Counted from the first letter of the stretch, positions 1 through 12,643 are shown. The stretch is DNA of 62,223 bases from an uncultured Bacteroidia bacterium (GCA_964517435.1 CAZFEC010000014.1:1-62223), one strand, 5' to 3'. Numbers and translations: made by a program. The notes: a model not told the origin generated them from the sequence alone.

Positions 1-1
1 C

Positions 2-1366
2 ATAACTCCGGACGAACAGGTGATCGTGTTTTACGACATCATGACTGAATACCAGGATATCACTCCTTGGATGCTCTCATATCAACTCGTTGATGAAGAG
101 CCGCAGATCCTCTTCAACCAGACCTATGCTGATTCTATACAAGCATTTGGAACGCCTGCTATTGTGAAAACCGTCTCCGATCGCTGTTATGTGCTGACTC
201 TGCATGGTCTACCGGAGCGACACTGGCAGATGTACGCAGTTAACTTCAATGGTGAAACGCTCTGGCATCGAATCCTCACTTCCGAATCTGACCCGGATTA
301 TACAGAGGGTATGCAGGATTATGGGATGACCGCAAGCGAAGCTGGCTGTATTCTCATTTGGAACGACTATTCAAGCAGACAAAGCTGGACAGGCCGCTGG
401 TTCGATCCGGATGGGGATGAGGTGCGCCCGATCGGTCCGTATCCCAATCCCAACTACAATGTAGTCTTCGCGCTGGCTGAACAGGGGGATCATTTTCTCC
501 TCTGCCATGAGGGAACCGTGCATATCATCGGGCAGGCGAGTGACAGTTCTGTCAATTGTGATATTGGGCATCAGTTTGTTTCTTCGCACCAGGTTGATAC
601 CAACCTGTTTCTGCTAGAGTATGCGATGCATGATTTCACCCGTGTAAGATGCTTTAATCTGGACGATTTTGAAACAAACTGGGTGGATACACTGGTGACT
701 GACGATGAGGATGAATGGTGCATTTCCGGATACTGGTCGGATCGCTCTCTTGTCTTCAATTCTTGGGAAGAGTGCTACTATCAAAGGTTTAATGATGAGG
801 GGATTACTGGAGATGCCATCCATTTCTACAATTCGCTTAGCAATACCCAAATTGTGGTACCATTTGGCGAAGATGATGCCGACTGGATCTTTCAACGCGA
901 TAGCCTGAACGGCCACAGTTGTGATATTTTCCTCGGTTTTGAGGACTCAGTAGTATTCCTCGATAACGCCGGAATCAATTCAGGTCGTAGATCCCATGTG
1001 CTTTCTGATTCGGAGCGACTGCACCTGATCTGGCAGGACTACGATGGTATTCGTATGAAACTCCTGCCCGATGAGCTGGAATCGATCACCGCCGTGTCGT
1101 TTCATCTTGAGCAGACAATCACCGCCTACCCGAATCCTTTCAACAACAGCTGTCGCCTGCAGTTGTATGTAGCGCAGCCGGCCCAGGTAGAGCTGACGGT
1201 CCACGACCTGCTGGGTCGACAGATTGCCCAGTGGCAGCAGTCGCTACCTCCCGGAACGAGAACGATCGACTGGCAGCCGGAACGATTGAGCGCCGGCCTC
1301 TATTTCATTTCACTGCGACGGTCGCAATCCCCACCTGAGCATGTGAAGGTGCTCTACCTCCCCTAG
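2..1366 (+). CDS. Secreted protein with T9SS type-A-like C-terminal domain (5'-truncated)
   Basis: Frame is open from the window start; C-terminus AYPNPFNNSC...VHDLLGRQI...LSAGLYFI...VKVLYLP is the typical CTD pattern. Confidence 0.8.
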   Translation: MTPDEQVIVFYDIMTEYQDITPWMLSYQLVDEEPQILFNQTYADSIQAFGTPAIVKTVSDRCYVLTLHGLPERHWQMYAVNFNGETLWHRILTSESDPDYTEGMQDYGMTASEAGCILIWNDYSSRQSWTGRWFDPDGDEVRPIGPYPNPNYNVVFALAEQGDHFLLCHEGTVHIIGQASDSSVNCDIGHQFVSSHQVDTNLFLLEYAMHDFTRVRCFNLDDFETNWVDTLVTDDEDEWCISGYWSDRSLVFNSWEECYYQRFNDEGITGDAIHFYNSLSNTQIVVPFGEDDADWIFQRDSLNGHSCDIFLGFEDSVVFLDNAGINSGRRSHVLSDSERLHLIWQDYDGIRMKLLPDELESITAVSFHLEQTITAYPNPFNNSCRLQLYVAQPAQVELTVHDLLGRQIAQWQQSLPPGTRTIDWQPERLSAGLYFISLRRSQSPPEHVKVLYLP

Positions 1367-1477
1367 CTATTGACAACTCTGGCAAAGATTGACAGTACTG
1401 ACAATCGCTCTCGAGATTTTTCTCCACACAGCCCTTGTTATTATTGAATTTACGAATAGAAAAAGGGGGATTTAAAC

Positions 1478-1493
1478 TGGCACGCTGATTGCA
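1478..1493 (+). promoter_or_regulatory. Sigma-54 (-24/-12) promoter
   Basis: TGGCAC-GCTGA-TTGCA matches TGGCAC-N5-TTGCW exactly, about 50 bp upstream of the 1545 ATG, preceded by an AT-rich tract. Confidence 0.8.
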
Positions 1494-1544
1494 TAGTGAA
1501 TCCCATAGTGTCGATTCAGTCGAATTTCAGTCTAGGGAGGAGTT

Positions 1545-4500
1545 ATGAGACAGCGTTGTGTTCTCCTGTTTTTGAGCGCCTTAACGATCGCCGTTACCGT
1601 ATACGGCAGCGATCAGCGCCTGGTCAGCGGTATCAGTTTCACCGATACGGTAACCTGCCACGATACAGCGCTGGGTGATGTTGCGCTGTTACGGGTTGCC
1701 CACGGCAGCGAGGACTGCACTCTCTACGAGCTGGACCAAGGCTATCCAGTGGTATATGCAGTCGCCGAAGAGACGATCTTCTTTGCCGCATACGGTTCGC
1801 GCTCCGGCGACTGGGGAGCACTGGTATCTTCCGGGCTTCCTTTGTACGATGGCATCCCGCCGGAGGGGATCTGGCCCGGCGCTACGATAACAGGAGCATA
1901 TCGGGAATATCTGCAATCGCGACAACTGGACACACGTGATTGGAATTATGATGTCCAGGGGGAATATCGGATAGCCATCGTACCGATCGCACCATCCGAT
2001 GCCCCCGGGTGGTATGACTTCCCGGTTGAGGATGTAGTCCCAATTCTGGATCAGTATATTTTCGAGCAGACAATACCCCAAACCCCTCTTTATGTCGAAG
2101 GCGAAACCAACCAGCTTTCCGTCCGCGACCACTTCCTCTGGGCGGCGCAACACGGCAACGGCGGCATCAATCTCAGGCGGGACGAGTTGCGTGGCGACTA
2201 CCATCCCGACCACCCAGGCTGGATTGCAGAAGGTTGGAATGGCAATGTGCCGCAACCGGTGGTGGTGCCGGTGACGCTTGACTCCCTGATCTACTATCCC
2301 ACGGAAATGATCATGTCGATGGTCGCCGCACGGTTGACAGAACTGGGCTTTTCCACCGAAACCGATCCCTACAATGTCTTCCTGCTGCTCTGGGGAGTCC
2401 CCCCCGATGATGCCGGCGGCTGGGCACTGCCGCTCGCTGTGACGGAGAGCCATATGTCCGCTTCGATCTGGACCGATCATCAGCTGCTGAGTTCGGGCGA
2501 GATCTGCCGGATGATCTTTGGTACCCTCGGTTACGGCGAGCTGGATCCCGCCGAGAACGACATCGGCCGGGCGCACTTGCTCTGCGAAGGGTGGCAGGGG
2601 CCACCCAGAATAAGCGGAGAAAAGACCTATTGGAAACCCGCCTGGGTAGATCCTTTCATCGAGGAGTGCCTCGGCTGGTGGAATCCAATCCACCTCGATC
2701 CGGAAGAGGACTACAGCATCAGCTTCTTCACTGAGGATCGGCGAATCTTCGTGAATCCGCAGGATTCCAGCCACCGCCGTACTCTGACCCTCTTCACCCA
2801 GGCGAATAATTTTTATGCGGGACACCGCTACGGAGCGGGTCTCTACCTCTGTGAAACCGCGCTGATCAGCTGGAATAATCAATACCGCGTTAATTCTATT
2901 CCCGCTGTATGTCCAGGCTATGGCCATGACTATGCCTTCCCTTATCTCGGCGTCGATAGCCTCCTTTTTGAAGAATGGCAGGTGAATCACCCGCATTTCC
3001 AGCGGCTAAGCGACATCACAGCCGGTGCTATCGGCGGCAGCCTGGAAATCGAGTGGCTGCAACCGCCTCCCGTCGCGCTAGTGCTGGAGGAATGCACTAT
3101 CGATCTGGAAGGCAACGGTCTGGTAGCTCTTCGCAATCAGGGTATGCAGGCCGGCCTGGTCACTGTGACTCTGAGCGGCGATGGCTGGACCGGGTATTCA
3201 GTACCTATGGTTTCCGGTTTGAGCGTCACCGGCGTTGAGATCCAGAATCTGCCGTCTGCTCCTGCCTCCGAACTTGGCGAATCCATTCCCTGTCATCTCC
3301 TGGTTGTATCTACTGGCGGTGACACACTGATGGATGAATCGATCACTGCCGGACGCACATTGGCACCCACACACCATACGCCATTGATGATTTCTCCCGC
3401 CGGTCTATACTGTCGTGGTGATACCACGGTCGCCTGGAAGAGGTACGAGATTTATGTAGTTGTCGACGACGAAGTAATCCACTACGAATGGGTTCCCGAC
3501 AGCCCTGTCCTGAATGCGTGGCTATCGGAGTCCGGAACGAAGCTCATCGTCAAACAGGGCGGTGAGTGGCACCAGCAGTACTGGTATATCCGCGACCTGT
3601 CAACAGGAGGCTACCAGACTATCTCCTTCAATGGACTGTTGGAGCCCGGGCTTGAGATAGCCGATGAACTCCATTTCTTCACGGAAGCAGTCGGGGATCC
3701 AGAAACCAGCTGGCTCTGGCGTTACGATCTAACCACCGACGACATGTTTACGGTCGGCGGAATCCTGCCGATAGCCCCCGATCGCGTCTGCGCACTGCAG
3801 AATCATAACCTCCACCTGTTGGCGCTAGTAGAAAGCGATCATCTCGTCATTTGCGACAGAAACTCAACCGTGCTTCATGATTGGACGGACCCTGGCGCCG
3901 GATTCGGGCAACCGCACGCAGCCGATCTCAATTGGAACGGTTGGCTCGATCTGCTACTCCCCTGTGCTGATGGTTGGCATATCTTCTACTGGGATGCAGA
4001 GCAGATGTCTTTTAACCACTACTTCCACTGGGAAGAAGGTGTCTATCCCACTTCAATTATGCCTGTTTTCAATGGAGAACGAGTAGGAGTCGGTTGTGCT
4101 GGTGAGGACTTCATGCTCGTCGGGAGTCAGTCGCTGAATGTGCCGGATCCCCTGTTCACGGCCATTCAGGGCGCCGATCTTGATGAAGACGGCATCTATG
4201 AATACTTCGCCACGTCGCAGGAGCAAGGCACCGCTTTGATTACCGCAACAGGAGACCCTTTCTATGGTGATTACGAACCTTGGCTGCTGCACAACTTGTT
4301 TTCACCGACCCGCGCATGTTTTACACATACTCAGGATGGCGTGCGTCTGGTTACCGCCGGGCAGGGTGAATTACTCCAGTATGCTCTCGGTTGCGATTTC
4401 CCGATCTGGTGGAACGGCGAAGGTAACATATGCAACCGCTACGCCCACCCGGTGACGGCGGAGCTTGTATTGCCGCCACCTCAGCTTGATATCACGGTCA

Positions 4501-4742
4501 CCCCTCTCCAGGCCGGGACGGTGGTCTTGACTCTCAATCCCCTCCCCGGGGGACATATACTAAACGGTTTCTACGTCTACCGTAGTGACGATCCCTATCA
4601 ATTTCCTTCGGAGCCGGTGGAGTTTCTCGACCCCTGTACTGAGAACTGGATCGACACCAATCCACTCCCCGGCGCCTGTTACTACCGGGTAACGATGATG
4701 CTGGACGACCCGGAGGGTCTCATCTGTCCCGAGAGTAACTGA
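1545..4742 (+). CDS. Large secreted protein: degenerate M6-metalloprotease-like domain, FG-GAP-like repeats, Fn3-like C-terminal domain
   Basis: RBS GGGAGGAG; signal peptide; ADLNWNGWLDL and ADLDEDGIYE repeats; M6-like segments but no HExxH. Confidence 0.7.
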   Translation: MRQRCVLLFLSALTIAVTVYGSDQRLVSGISFTDTVTCHDTALGDVALLRVAHGSEDCTLYELDQGYPVVYAVAEETIFFAAYGSRSGDWGALVSSGLPLYDGIPPEGIWPGATITGAYREYLQSRQLDTRDWNYDVQGEYRIAIVPIAPSDAPGWYDFPVEDVVPILDQYIFEQTIPQTPLYVEGETNQLSVRDHFLWAAQHGNGGINLRRDELRGDYHPDHPGWIAEGWNGNVPQPVVVPVTLDSLIYYPTEMIMSMVAARLTELGFSTETDPYNVFLLLWGVPPDDAGGWALPLAVTESHMSASIWTDHQLLSSGEICRMIFGTLGYGELDPAENDIGRAHLLCEGWQGPPRISGEKTYWKPAWVDPFIEECLGWWNPIHLDPEEDYSISFFTEDRRIFVNPQDSSHRRTLTLFTQANNFYAGHRYGAGLYLCETALISWNNQYRVNSIPAVCPGYGHDYAFPYLGVDSLLFEEWQVNHPHFQRLSDITAGAIGGSLEIEWLQPPPVALVLEECTIDLEGNGLVALRNQGMQAGLVTVTLSGDGWTGYSVPMVSGLSVTGVEIQNLPSAPASELGESIPCHLLVVSTGGDTLMDESITAGRTLAPTHHTPLMISPAGLYCRGDTTVAWKRYEIYVVVDDEVIHYEWVPDSPVLNAWLSESGTKLIVKQGGEWHQQYWYIRDLSTGGYQTISFNGLLEPGLEIADELHFFTEAVGDPETSWLWRYDLTTDDMFTVGGILPIAPDRVCALQNHNLHLLALVESDHLVICDRNSTVLHDWTDPGAGFGQPHAADLNWNGWLDLLLPCADGWHIFYWDAEQMSFNHYFHWEEGVYPTSIMPVFNGERVGVGCAGEDFMLVGSQSLNVPDPLFTAIQGADLDEDGIYEYFATSQEQGTALITATGDPFYGDYEPWLLHNLFSPTRACFTHTQDGVRLVTAGQGELLQYALGCDFPIWWNGEGNICNRYAHPVTAELVLPPPQLDITVTPLQAGTVVLTLNPLPGGHILNGFYVYRSDDPYQFPSEPVEFLDPCTENWIDTNPLPGACYYRVTMMLDDPEGLICPESN

Positions 4743-4777
4743 TCTTCCCACCACTATTACACATCTCTTCACACTCG

Positions 4778-4803
4778 AAAGGGGGCGCTTCGCCCCCTTT
4801 TTT
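4778..4803. terminator. Intrinsic terminator, probably bidirectional
   Basis: AAAGGGGGCG-CTT-CGCCCCCTTTTTT between convergent genes. Confidence 0.85.
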
Positions 4804-4813
4804 GCTATCGCGG

Positions 4814-6664
4814 TTATCGCGACAGTAGGCCGTATTGCTTGAGTTTGGTATAGAGCGTCTGGCGACTGATCTGCAGCAGTCGCGAAGCATGCGACTTGTC
4901 AAAACGCACCTCCTGCAATGCGCGTTGCAGATAATCCCGCTCGAAGTCGCTGACAACCTGCCGTAACGGCTCGATTCGAAATCGTTCCGCTTCGCTGCCG
5001 GTTTGAGTCGCCTGGAAACGCTGTCGCGAGATATGCTCCGGCAGAATGTTGCTACGGGCCAGTTCCCACGCTTCCCAGAAGAGATGACGCAATTCACGGA
5101 TATTGCCCGGGTAGGTGTAGCTCTTCAGCAGCGCTATGGTGGCCGGCGCGATGATCTTCCGGTGATGATGACGCTGGTTGAGCTCCCGCAACCAGGTCCC
5201 CAGCAGCAGGGGGATGTCGTCCCGCCGCTCCCGCAAAGGAGGTACCTCAATCACAACGCCTGCAATGCGGTGCAGTAGATCGGCTCTGAACCTTCGCTCG
5301 ACGGCCAGCTCCCGGTAGGTGCGATTCGAAGCAGCCAGCAGACGGATGTCCGCGCGTACTATCCGGTTGCTTCCCACGGCGTGATACTCCCTGGTCTCCA
5401 GAAAACGGAGCAGCTTCGCCTGGATCGGAGGTGCGATCTCGCTGATCTCATCGAGAAAGAGGGTACCCCCGGCAGCCTGCTCCACCAGCCCCTCACGATC
5501 AGTGGTGGCGCCGGTAAAAGATCCGCGCCGGTGCCCGAACAGGGTGGACTCGAAGAGCGACTCCGACAGGGAAGGGCAGTGAATCGTCACCAGCTGCTGT
5601 CGGCGCCGTTCGGATTGCGCATGGATGGCGCGCGCCGTCAATTCTTTGCCTACTCCGGTTTCACCCAGAATCAGCACCGGGATTTCCGAAGCGGCGATCT
5701 GGTGGATGCGCTGGTTAACCCCGCGAATGGCCGGAGTTAGGCCGGGCAACTCCTGCAGATTGGCCAGGTGCTGCAGCTGGGGACCGGTTCCTGAGAAGTC
5801 GCAGTTGAAATCCTCGGCGACTTCCAGGATGGTCTCCACACCCAGATTGAGTTGATAAGCCCGCGCTCGCGTCGATTTCAGCAGCCGCACTGCATTACTC
5901 CTCTCGCCCAGCTGGAAGAGAGTCCGGGCCAGCAGCGCCCTGACTTCGATCAGGCGCTGATACATCTGATAGCGATCGAATATGGTGATGGCGCTTTCCA
6001 GGTTGACGACCGCCGCCCGGTTACGCTCGAGCCGCTGCTGCAGCCATCCCCGCGCGTGAGACAAACGTGCCCGCGTCAGAAGATGCGCCGCATCGCTGTC
6101 CCGACAGGGAGCGAGCAGAGCCAGGGAGGCTTCGAACCGTCCCATTTGACGCAACCGCGTGCTTTCCAGCAGATGGAATTCAAGCTGTTCGGCTGCCAGC
6201 AGCTGAGAGGGCGACGTATCAGTATCAATCACGCCCATGGGTTGCTCGATACGCTCCCCCTGTGCCAGCCGACACCACCCTTCTTCGACGAGCAACTCCC
6301 GCCGTTCGGACTCATCCTCCGGATGGACCGACTCCCGCAGCCGCTGCAGCAGTACCAGCGCTTTTGCCGCTTCACCCGCCAGCCGGTTGGCGCGGATCAG
6401 CCCCAGTAAAGCGCGATACTCCAGGTGCGGTTGACGCCGGTTCCGGCCGCTTTTCTCCAGCAGAACGATGCAATCGAGGAATGTATCACGCGCCGCCAAC
6501 GCTTCTTCGAGATGCAGGTGCGACTCACCGCGCATCAACAGGTGAGCCAGGCGGTCCGCGGAGGACAGTTTGGCAGACGTCGACTCGGTTTGGAGATGAA
6601 TGACTTGCCGGTAATCCTGCGTTCGCCAGGCGGCCTGCAGGAGTTCCGGGAGGTTTTGTGGCAT
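4814..6664 (-). CDS. Sigma-54-dependent enhancer-binding protein with TPR-like N-terminus
   Basis: Walker A GETGVGKE, GSFTGA loop, LFLDEI, YPGNIREL, C-terminal Fis-type HTH; start placed at MPQNLPE. Confidence 0.9.
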   Translation of the reverse strand: MPQNLPELLQAAWRTQDYRQVIHLQTESTSAKLSSADRLAHLLMRGESHLHLEEALAARDTFLDCIVLLEKSGRNRRQPHLEYRALLGLIRANRLAGEAAKALVLLQRLRESVHPEDESERRELLVEEGWCRLAQGERIEQPMGVIDTDTSPSQLLAAEQLEFHLLESTRLRQMGRFEASLALLAPCRDSDAAHLLTRARLSHARGWLQQRLERNRAAVVNLESAITIFDRYQMYQRLIEVRALLARTLFQLGERSNAVRLLKSTRARAYQLNLGVETILEVAEDFNCDFSGTGPQLQHLANLQELPGLTPAIRGVNQRIHQIAASEIPVLILGETGVGKELTARAIHAQSERRRQQLVTIHCPSLSESLFESTLFGHRRGSFTGATTDREGLVEQAAGGTLFLDEISEIAPPIQAKLLRFLETREYHAVGSNRIVRADIRLLAASNRTYRELAVERRFRADLLHRIAGVVIEVPPLRERRDDIPLLLGTWLRELNQRHHHRKIIAPATIALLKSYTYPGNIRELRHLFWEAWELARSNILPEHISRQRFQATQTGSEAERFRIEPLRQVVSDFERDYLQRALQEVRFDKSHASRLLQISRQTLYTKLKQYGLLSR

Positions 6665-6829
6665 GCGGTTCCTTCCAGGTCTGAGGTACCTGGAAGCAGG
6701 CTGAAGTAAGTTAATGAGGCTCCCCCTCCCCCACCAGCAAAACCCGCTTTCCTCCCTCCTCCCCGCCACAAAAACCGCCCCCACCACCCTCCATCTCCAC
6801 CCCCTCCCGCGCCCGCCTCCCGGTTATCC

Positions 6830-6858
6830 TTGCCTGCCAGTAAGAAGTGTAATACCTT
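6830..6858 (+). promoter_or_regulatory. Possible sigma-70 promoter
   Basis: TTGCCT-N17-TACCTT upstream of the acyl-CoA dehydrogenase gene. Confidence 0.4.
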
Positions 6859-6942
6859 CTACGTCAGTATAAATCCACACGCGCTCCGGCGGTCGCAGAC
6901 CGGCTGCCGGGAGGATTACACCCCACCAGGACTGGAGGCAGT

Positions 6943-8088
6943 ATGATCGATTTTGCGCTGTCGGACGAGCAACTCGAGTTCCAGGCTTTGGCGAAAGACT
7001 TCGCTGAGAACGAGATCAAACCGCAGGCCGCCCATTACGACGAAACCGCCGAGTTCCCTGTCGACATACTCAAAAAGGCGCATGAAATCGGCCTGATGAA
7101 CCTCCACATCCCGGAAGAGTACGGTGGCCTGGGTCTGCACAGCGTCGACGGCGCGCTGATTTCAGAGGAGATCGGCGCCGCCTGCACCGGCATCGGCACC
7201 GCCATGGAAGCCAATACTCTGGCCCTGGCACCGCTGATGTACGGCGCCTCCGATGAGTTGAAGCAGCGGGTGTTTCCGCAGTTCGTCGAGGAGTTCACCC
7301 TGGCCTGCTACTGCGTCACCGAGCCGAACGCCGGTTCCGATGTGGCCGCGGTGCGCTCGACAGCGCTGAAGAAAGGTGACAAGTACATCCTCAACGGCAA
7401 TAAGATGTGGATCACCTCCGCCGGCCAGGCGGACTGGATGTTCGTGCTGGCCACCACCAATCCCGCCCGCGGTGCGCGCGGACTGACCGGCTTCTGGGTG
7501 GACGCCAGGTCCCCCGGCATCGAGGTCGGCAAAAAGGAAAACAACATGGGACAGCGCGCCTCCGACACCCGCGCCATCGCTTTCAACGACGTTGAGATCC
7601 CGGCCGAAAACGTGGTCGGACGCGATGGACGCGGCTTCCTGCTGGCCATGGGCGCCTTCGACATCACCCGCCCGATGGTAGCCGCCGCCGCAGTCGGACT
7701 GGGTCGCGCCGCCTTCGAGTACGCCCGCGACTACGCCCGCGAGCGCAAGGCGTTCGGCGTGCCGATCTCAGCGCATCAATCGATCAACTTCATGCTGGCC
7801 GACATGGCCACCGACGTCGAGATGGGCCGGCTGCTCACCTACAAGGCCAGCTGGCTGATGGACAACGGGCAGTCCAATAAGCGCGCCGCCGCCATGGCCA
7901 AACGCTTCGCCGCCGACGCCGCCGTCCGCATCGCCACCGACGCGGTCCAGATCTACGGCGGCTACGGTTTCAACAAGGAGTACCCGGTCGAAAAGCTCTA
8001 CCGCGACGCCAAAATCTTCCAGATCTATGAAGGAACCAGCCAGATCCAGCGTCAGATCATAGGATTCGAGATTCTAAAAGGCAGATGA
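6943..8088 (+). CDS. Acyl-CoA dehydrogenase
   Basis: TEPNAGSD, GNKMWIT, QIYGGYG, IYEGTSQIQR motifs. Confidence 0.95.
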   Translation: MIDFALSDEQLEFQALAKDFAENEIKPQAAHYDETAEFPVDILKKAHEIGLMNLHIPEEYGGLGLHSVDGALISEEIGAACTGIGTAMEANTLALAPLMYGASDELKQRVFPQFVEEFTLACYCVTEPNAGSDVAAVRSTALKKGDKYILNGNKMWITSAGQADWMFVLATTNPARGARGLTGFWVDARSPGIEVGKKENNMGQRASDTRAIAFNDVEIPAENVVGRDGRGFLLAMGAFDITRPMVAAAAVGLGRAAFEYARDYARERKAFGVPISAHQSINFMLADMATDVEMGRLLTYKASWLMDNGQSNKRAAAMAKRFAADAAVRIATDAVQIYGGYGFNKEYPVEKLYRDAKIFQIYEGTSQIQRQIIGFEILKGR

Positions 8089-10034
8089 TTCACGTAATCT
8101 GTTCCCGGACATATTTCCGCCAGACCGAATCGATTCGCAAGTCGTTCGGCAGCCTGCAGTTCAGCGAGCTGGACATCAGCCGGCTGGAGCGGTTTCCCTC
8201 CGAGACGATTCTGCTGTTGGATGAGGAGTACCTGCAGTCCAACGGTCAGGAGCTGGGCGAGGTGATCGCGCGGCCCAGCGACGGCAAATCGCTGCTGCTG
8301 ATCTATGCCGGTGAGCTGGAGACGGTCAGCCGTCTCGATCCCGGCCTGGAGCGGCTCTTCTTCCAGAGCGCCGACCCGCTGCCGCCGCCGCAGCTGGATG
8401 CCCTCCTGCGTCAGGCGCTGCAGCGCATCTCCACCCATCAGAACCAGCCGGAGTTCTTCAAGGCACTCCAGCTCTATCGCCGCGAGCTGCAGACCGTCAA
8501 CGAAGTGGGGCGGGCGCTTTCCGCCGAGTTGGACATCGACCGCCTGCTCAGCCGCATCCTGACTGAAACGCGGCGTATCACATTCGCCGATTCCGGCAGC
8601 ATCTACGTGACCGATCGCAGCGGTACCGAGCAGCAGCTGCGCTTCAAGACCGCCCAGAACGACTCGCTGGAGATGGAGCTGGGGGAGTTCGTGCTGCCGC
8701 TGGACCGCACCTCCATGGCCGGATACGTGGCGGTCACCGGCGAAGTGCTCAATTACCCCGACGTCTACCGCATCCCGGAATCGGCTCCCTTCCGCTTCAA
8801 CTACGAGGTGGCCGACGGCAAGACCGGTTACCGCTCCAAGTCGATGCTGCTGGTGCCGATGCGCAACCATCACCAGGAGATCATCGGCGTCGTGCAGCTG
8901 ATCAACGCCAAGCGCGCGCCGGAAACGCTGCTGAAGACCAAGGCCGATTTCGAACGGGAGGTCTGCCGCTTCACCGAACGGCACGAGGAGTTCGTCTCCT
9001 CGCTGGCCTCGCAGGCGGCGGTCGCCCTGGAGAACAGTCAGCTCTATGAGAACATCGAGGCGCTGTTTGAAGGCTTCGTCGTTGCCGCGGTCAAAGCGAT
9101 TGAACAGCGGGACCCCTGTACTTCCGGTCACTCCCAGCGTGTATCACAATTATCGCTCGCCCTGGCGGACGCGGTCTCGGCAACGGATCGCGAGCCGTTC
9201 GCCGATGTGCACTTCGACGCCGAGCAGATGAAGGAGCTCAAGTACGCCACGCTGCTGCACGACTTCGGCAAGGTCGGCGTACGGGAGAAGGTGCTGGAGA
9301 AGGCGGACAAGCTCTATCCGGATCAGTTCCTCACTCTGCAGATGCGCTTCGGACTGGTCTTCGCCACGCTGGAAGCCGGTTTTCACCGCAAGCAGGCGGA
9401 AATGCTGCGCGCCGACCCCGCCGACGAAGCCGGTCAGGAGCAGCTGCGCGCCGAATACGAACAGGAGATGCAGGAGCTGGAGGAATGCTGGGAGATAGTC
9501 CAGCAGGCCAACCACCCCAGCCCGCTGCCGGAAGAAGCGCCGGAACGGCTGCAGGGGATGCAGGAGAAACAGGTTCGTCTGCCGGACGGTACCGAAGAGC
9601 CACTGTTGACCGGAGAGGAGTGCACCATCCTCTCGATTCCGCGTGGCACCCTGACCAAGGAGGACCGGGTCCAGATCGAATCGCATGTGGATCACACCCG
9701 GGAGTTCCTGGAGCGGATCCCCTGGCTGAAGGGACTGCGCAATCTCACCCGCTTCGCCAGCGCCCATCACGAGTACCTCGACGGCAGCGGCTACCCGGTC
9801 GGTCTGAAGGCGCCTGAAATCCCGCTGGCGAGCCGCATCATCGCCGTCGCCGATCACTATGACGCCCTGACCGCTTCCGACCGTCCCTACAAGCCGGCGG
9901 TCAGCACCGAGCGCGCCCTCAAGATCATCGGTTTCGAAGTGGAAGGGGGACAGATCGATCCCGAACTGTTCCAGCTGTTCGTCGACGAGGAGGTCTACAG
10001 GGTGTTGGACGAACCGCTGGAGGAGGAAGATTAA
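8085..10034 (+). CDS. GAF + HD-GYP cyclic-dinucleotide phosphodiesterase
   Basis: GAF segment (GVVQLIN), HSQRV, LLHDFGK, HHEYLDGSGYP. Confidence 0.9.
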   Translation: MIHVICSRTYFRQTESIRKSFGSLQFSELDISRLERFPSETILLLDEEYLQSNGQELGEVIARPSDGKSLLLIYAGELETVSRLDPGLERLFFQSADPLPPPQLDALLRQALQRISTHQNQPEFFKALQLYRRELQTVNEVGRALSAELDIDRLLSRILTETRRITFADSGSIYVTDRSGTEQQLRFKTAQNDSLEMELGEFVLPLDRTSMAGYVAVTGEVLNYPDVYRIPESAPFRFNYEVADGKTGYRSKSMLLVPMRNHHQEIIGVVQLINAKRAPETLLKTKADFEREVCRFTERHEEFVSSLASQAAVALENSQLYENIEALFEGFVVAAVKAIEQRDPCTSGHSQRVSQLSLALADAVSATDREPFADVHFDAEQMKELKYATLLHDFGKVGVREKVLEKADKLYPDQFLTLQMRFGLVFATLEAGFHRKQAEMLRADPADEAGQEQLRAEYEQEMQELEECWEIVQQANHPSPLPEEAPERLQGMQEKQVRLPDGTEEPLLTGEECTILSIPRGTLTKEDRVQIESHVDHTREFLERIPWLKGLRNLTRFASAHHEYLDGSGYPVGLKAPEIPLASRIIAVADHYDALTASDRPYKPAVSTERALKIIGFEVEGGQIDPELFQLFVDEEVYRVLDEPLEEED

Positions 10035-10307
10035 ACCGCGCCGCGCGACGCCGCGCTGGTAGCGAAGTGTATGCGAAGGTGTTTCCGCCCGCTGATTTTA
10101 TGCAATTCTACCCCGCGAACCTGAATATGTTTGACCCTGACTCCCCCGCCTTTATCTTGAACGACCATGTATGTCCAGAGGCATGACCGGTAGTGAAGCA
10201 AGCCCGGCCACCCCGCACGATTCGACACCTTCAAGCGGCGTCAACGCGTGTCCCCGCGCGTTCCCGTCCTTTTCTTTAACGATTGCTGAACTGTAACAGG
10301 AGATATC

Positions 10308-12569
<2,262 letters not shown>

Positions 12570-12615
12570 GGGCGCAACCTCCCATCGTTCGCTGTGTAAT
12601 CTTTACGATCACAAC

Positions 12616-12643
12616 AAATCCCCGGCATGTCCGGGGGTTTGTT
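12616..12643 (+). terminator. Intrinsic terminator after maeB
   Basis: AAATCCCCGG-CATGT-CCGGGGGTTTGTT. Confidence 0.7.

Noticed and set aside
5510-5540. GSFTGA instead of GAFTGA as a sign of an inactive activator
   Set aside because: GSFTGA is a known natural variant, and the Walker motifs and HTH are intact
6665-6787. Upstream extensions in the ORF track (also 21682, 34542, 35700, 41471, 55024)
   Set aside because: They overlap neighbouring genes or low-complexity DNA; downstream starts have an RBS or stop/start coupling
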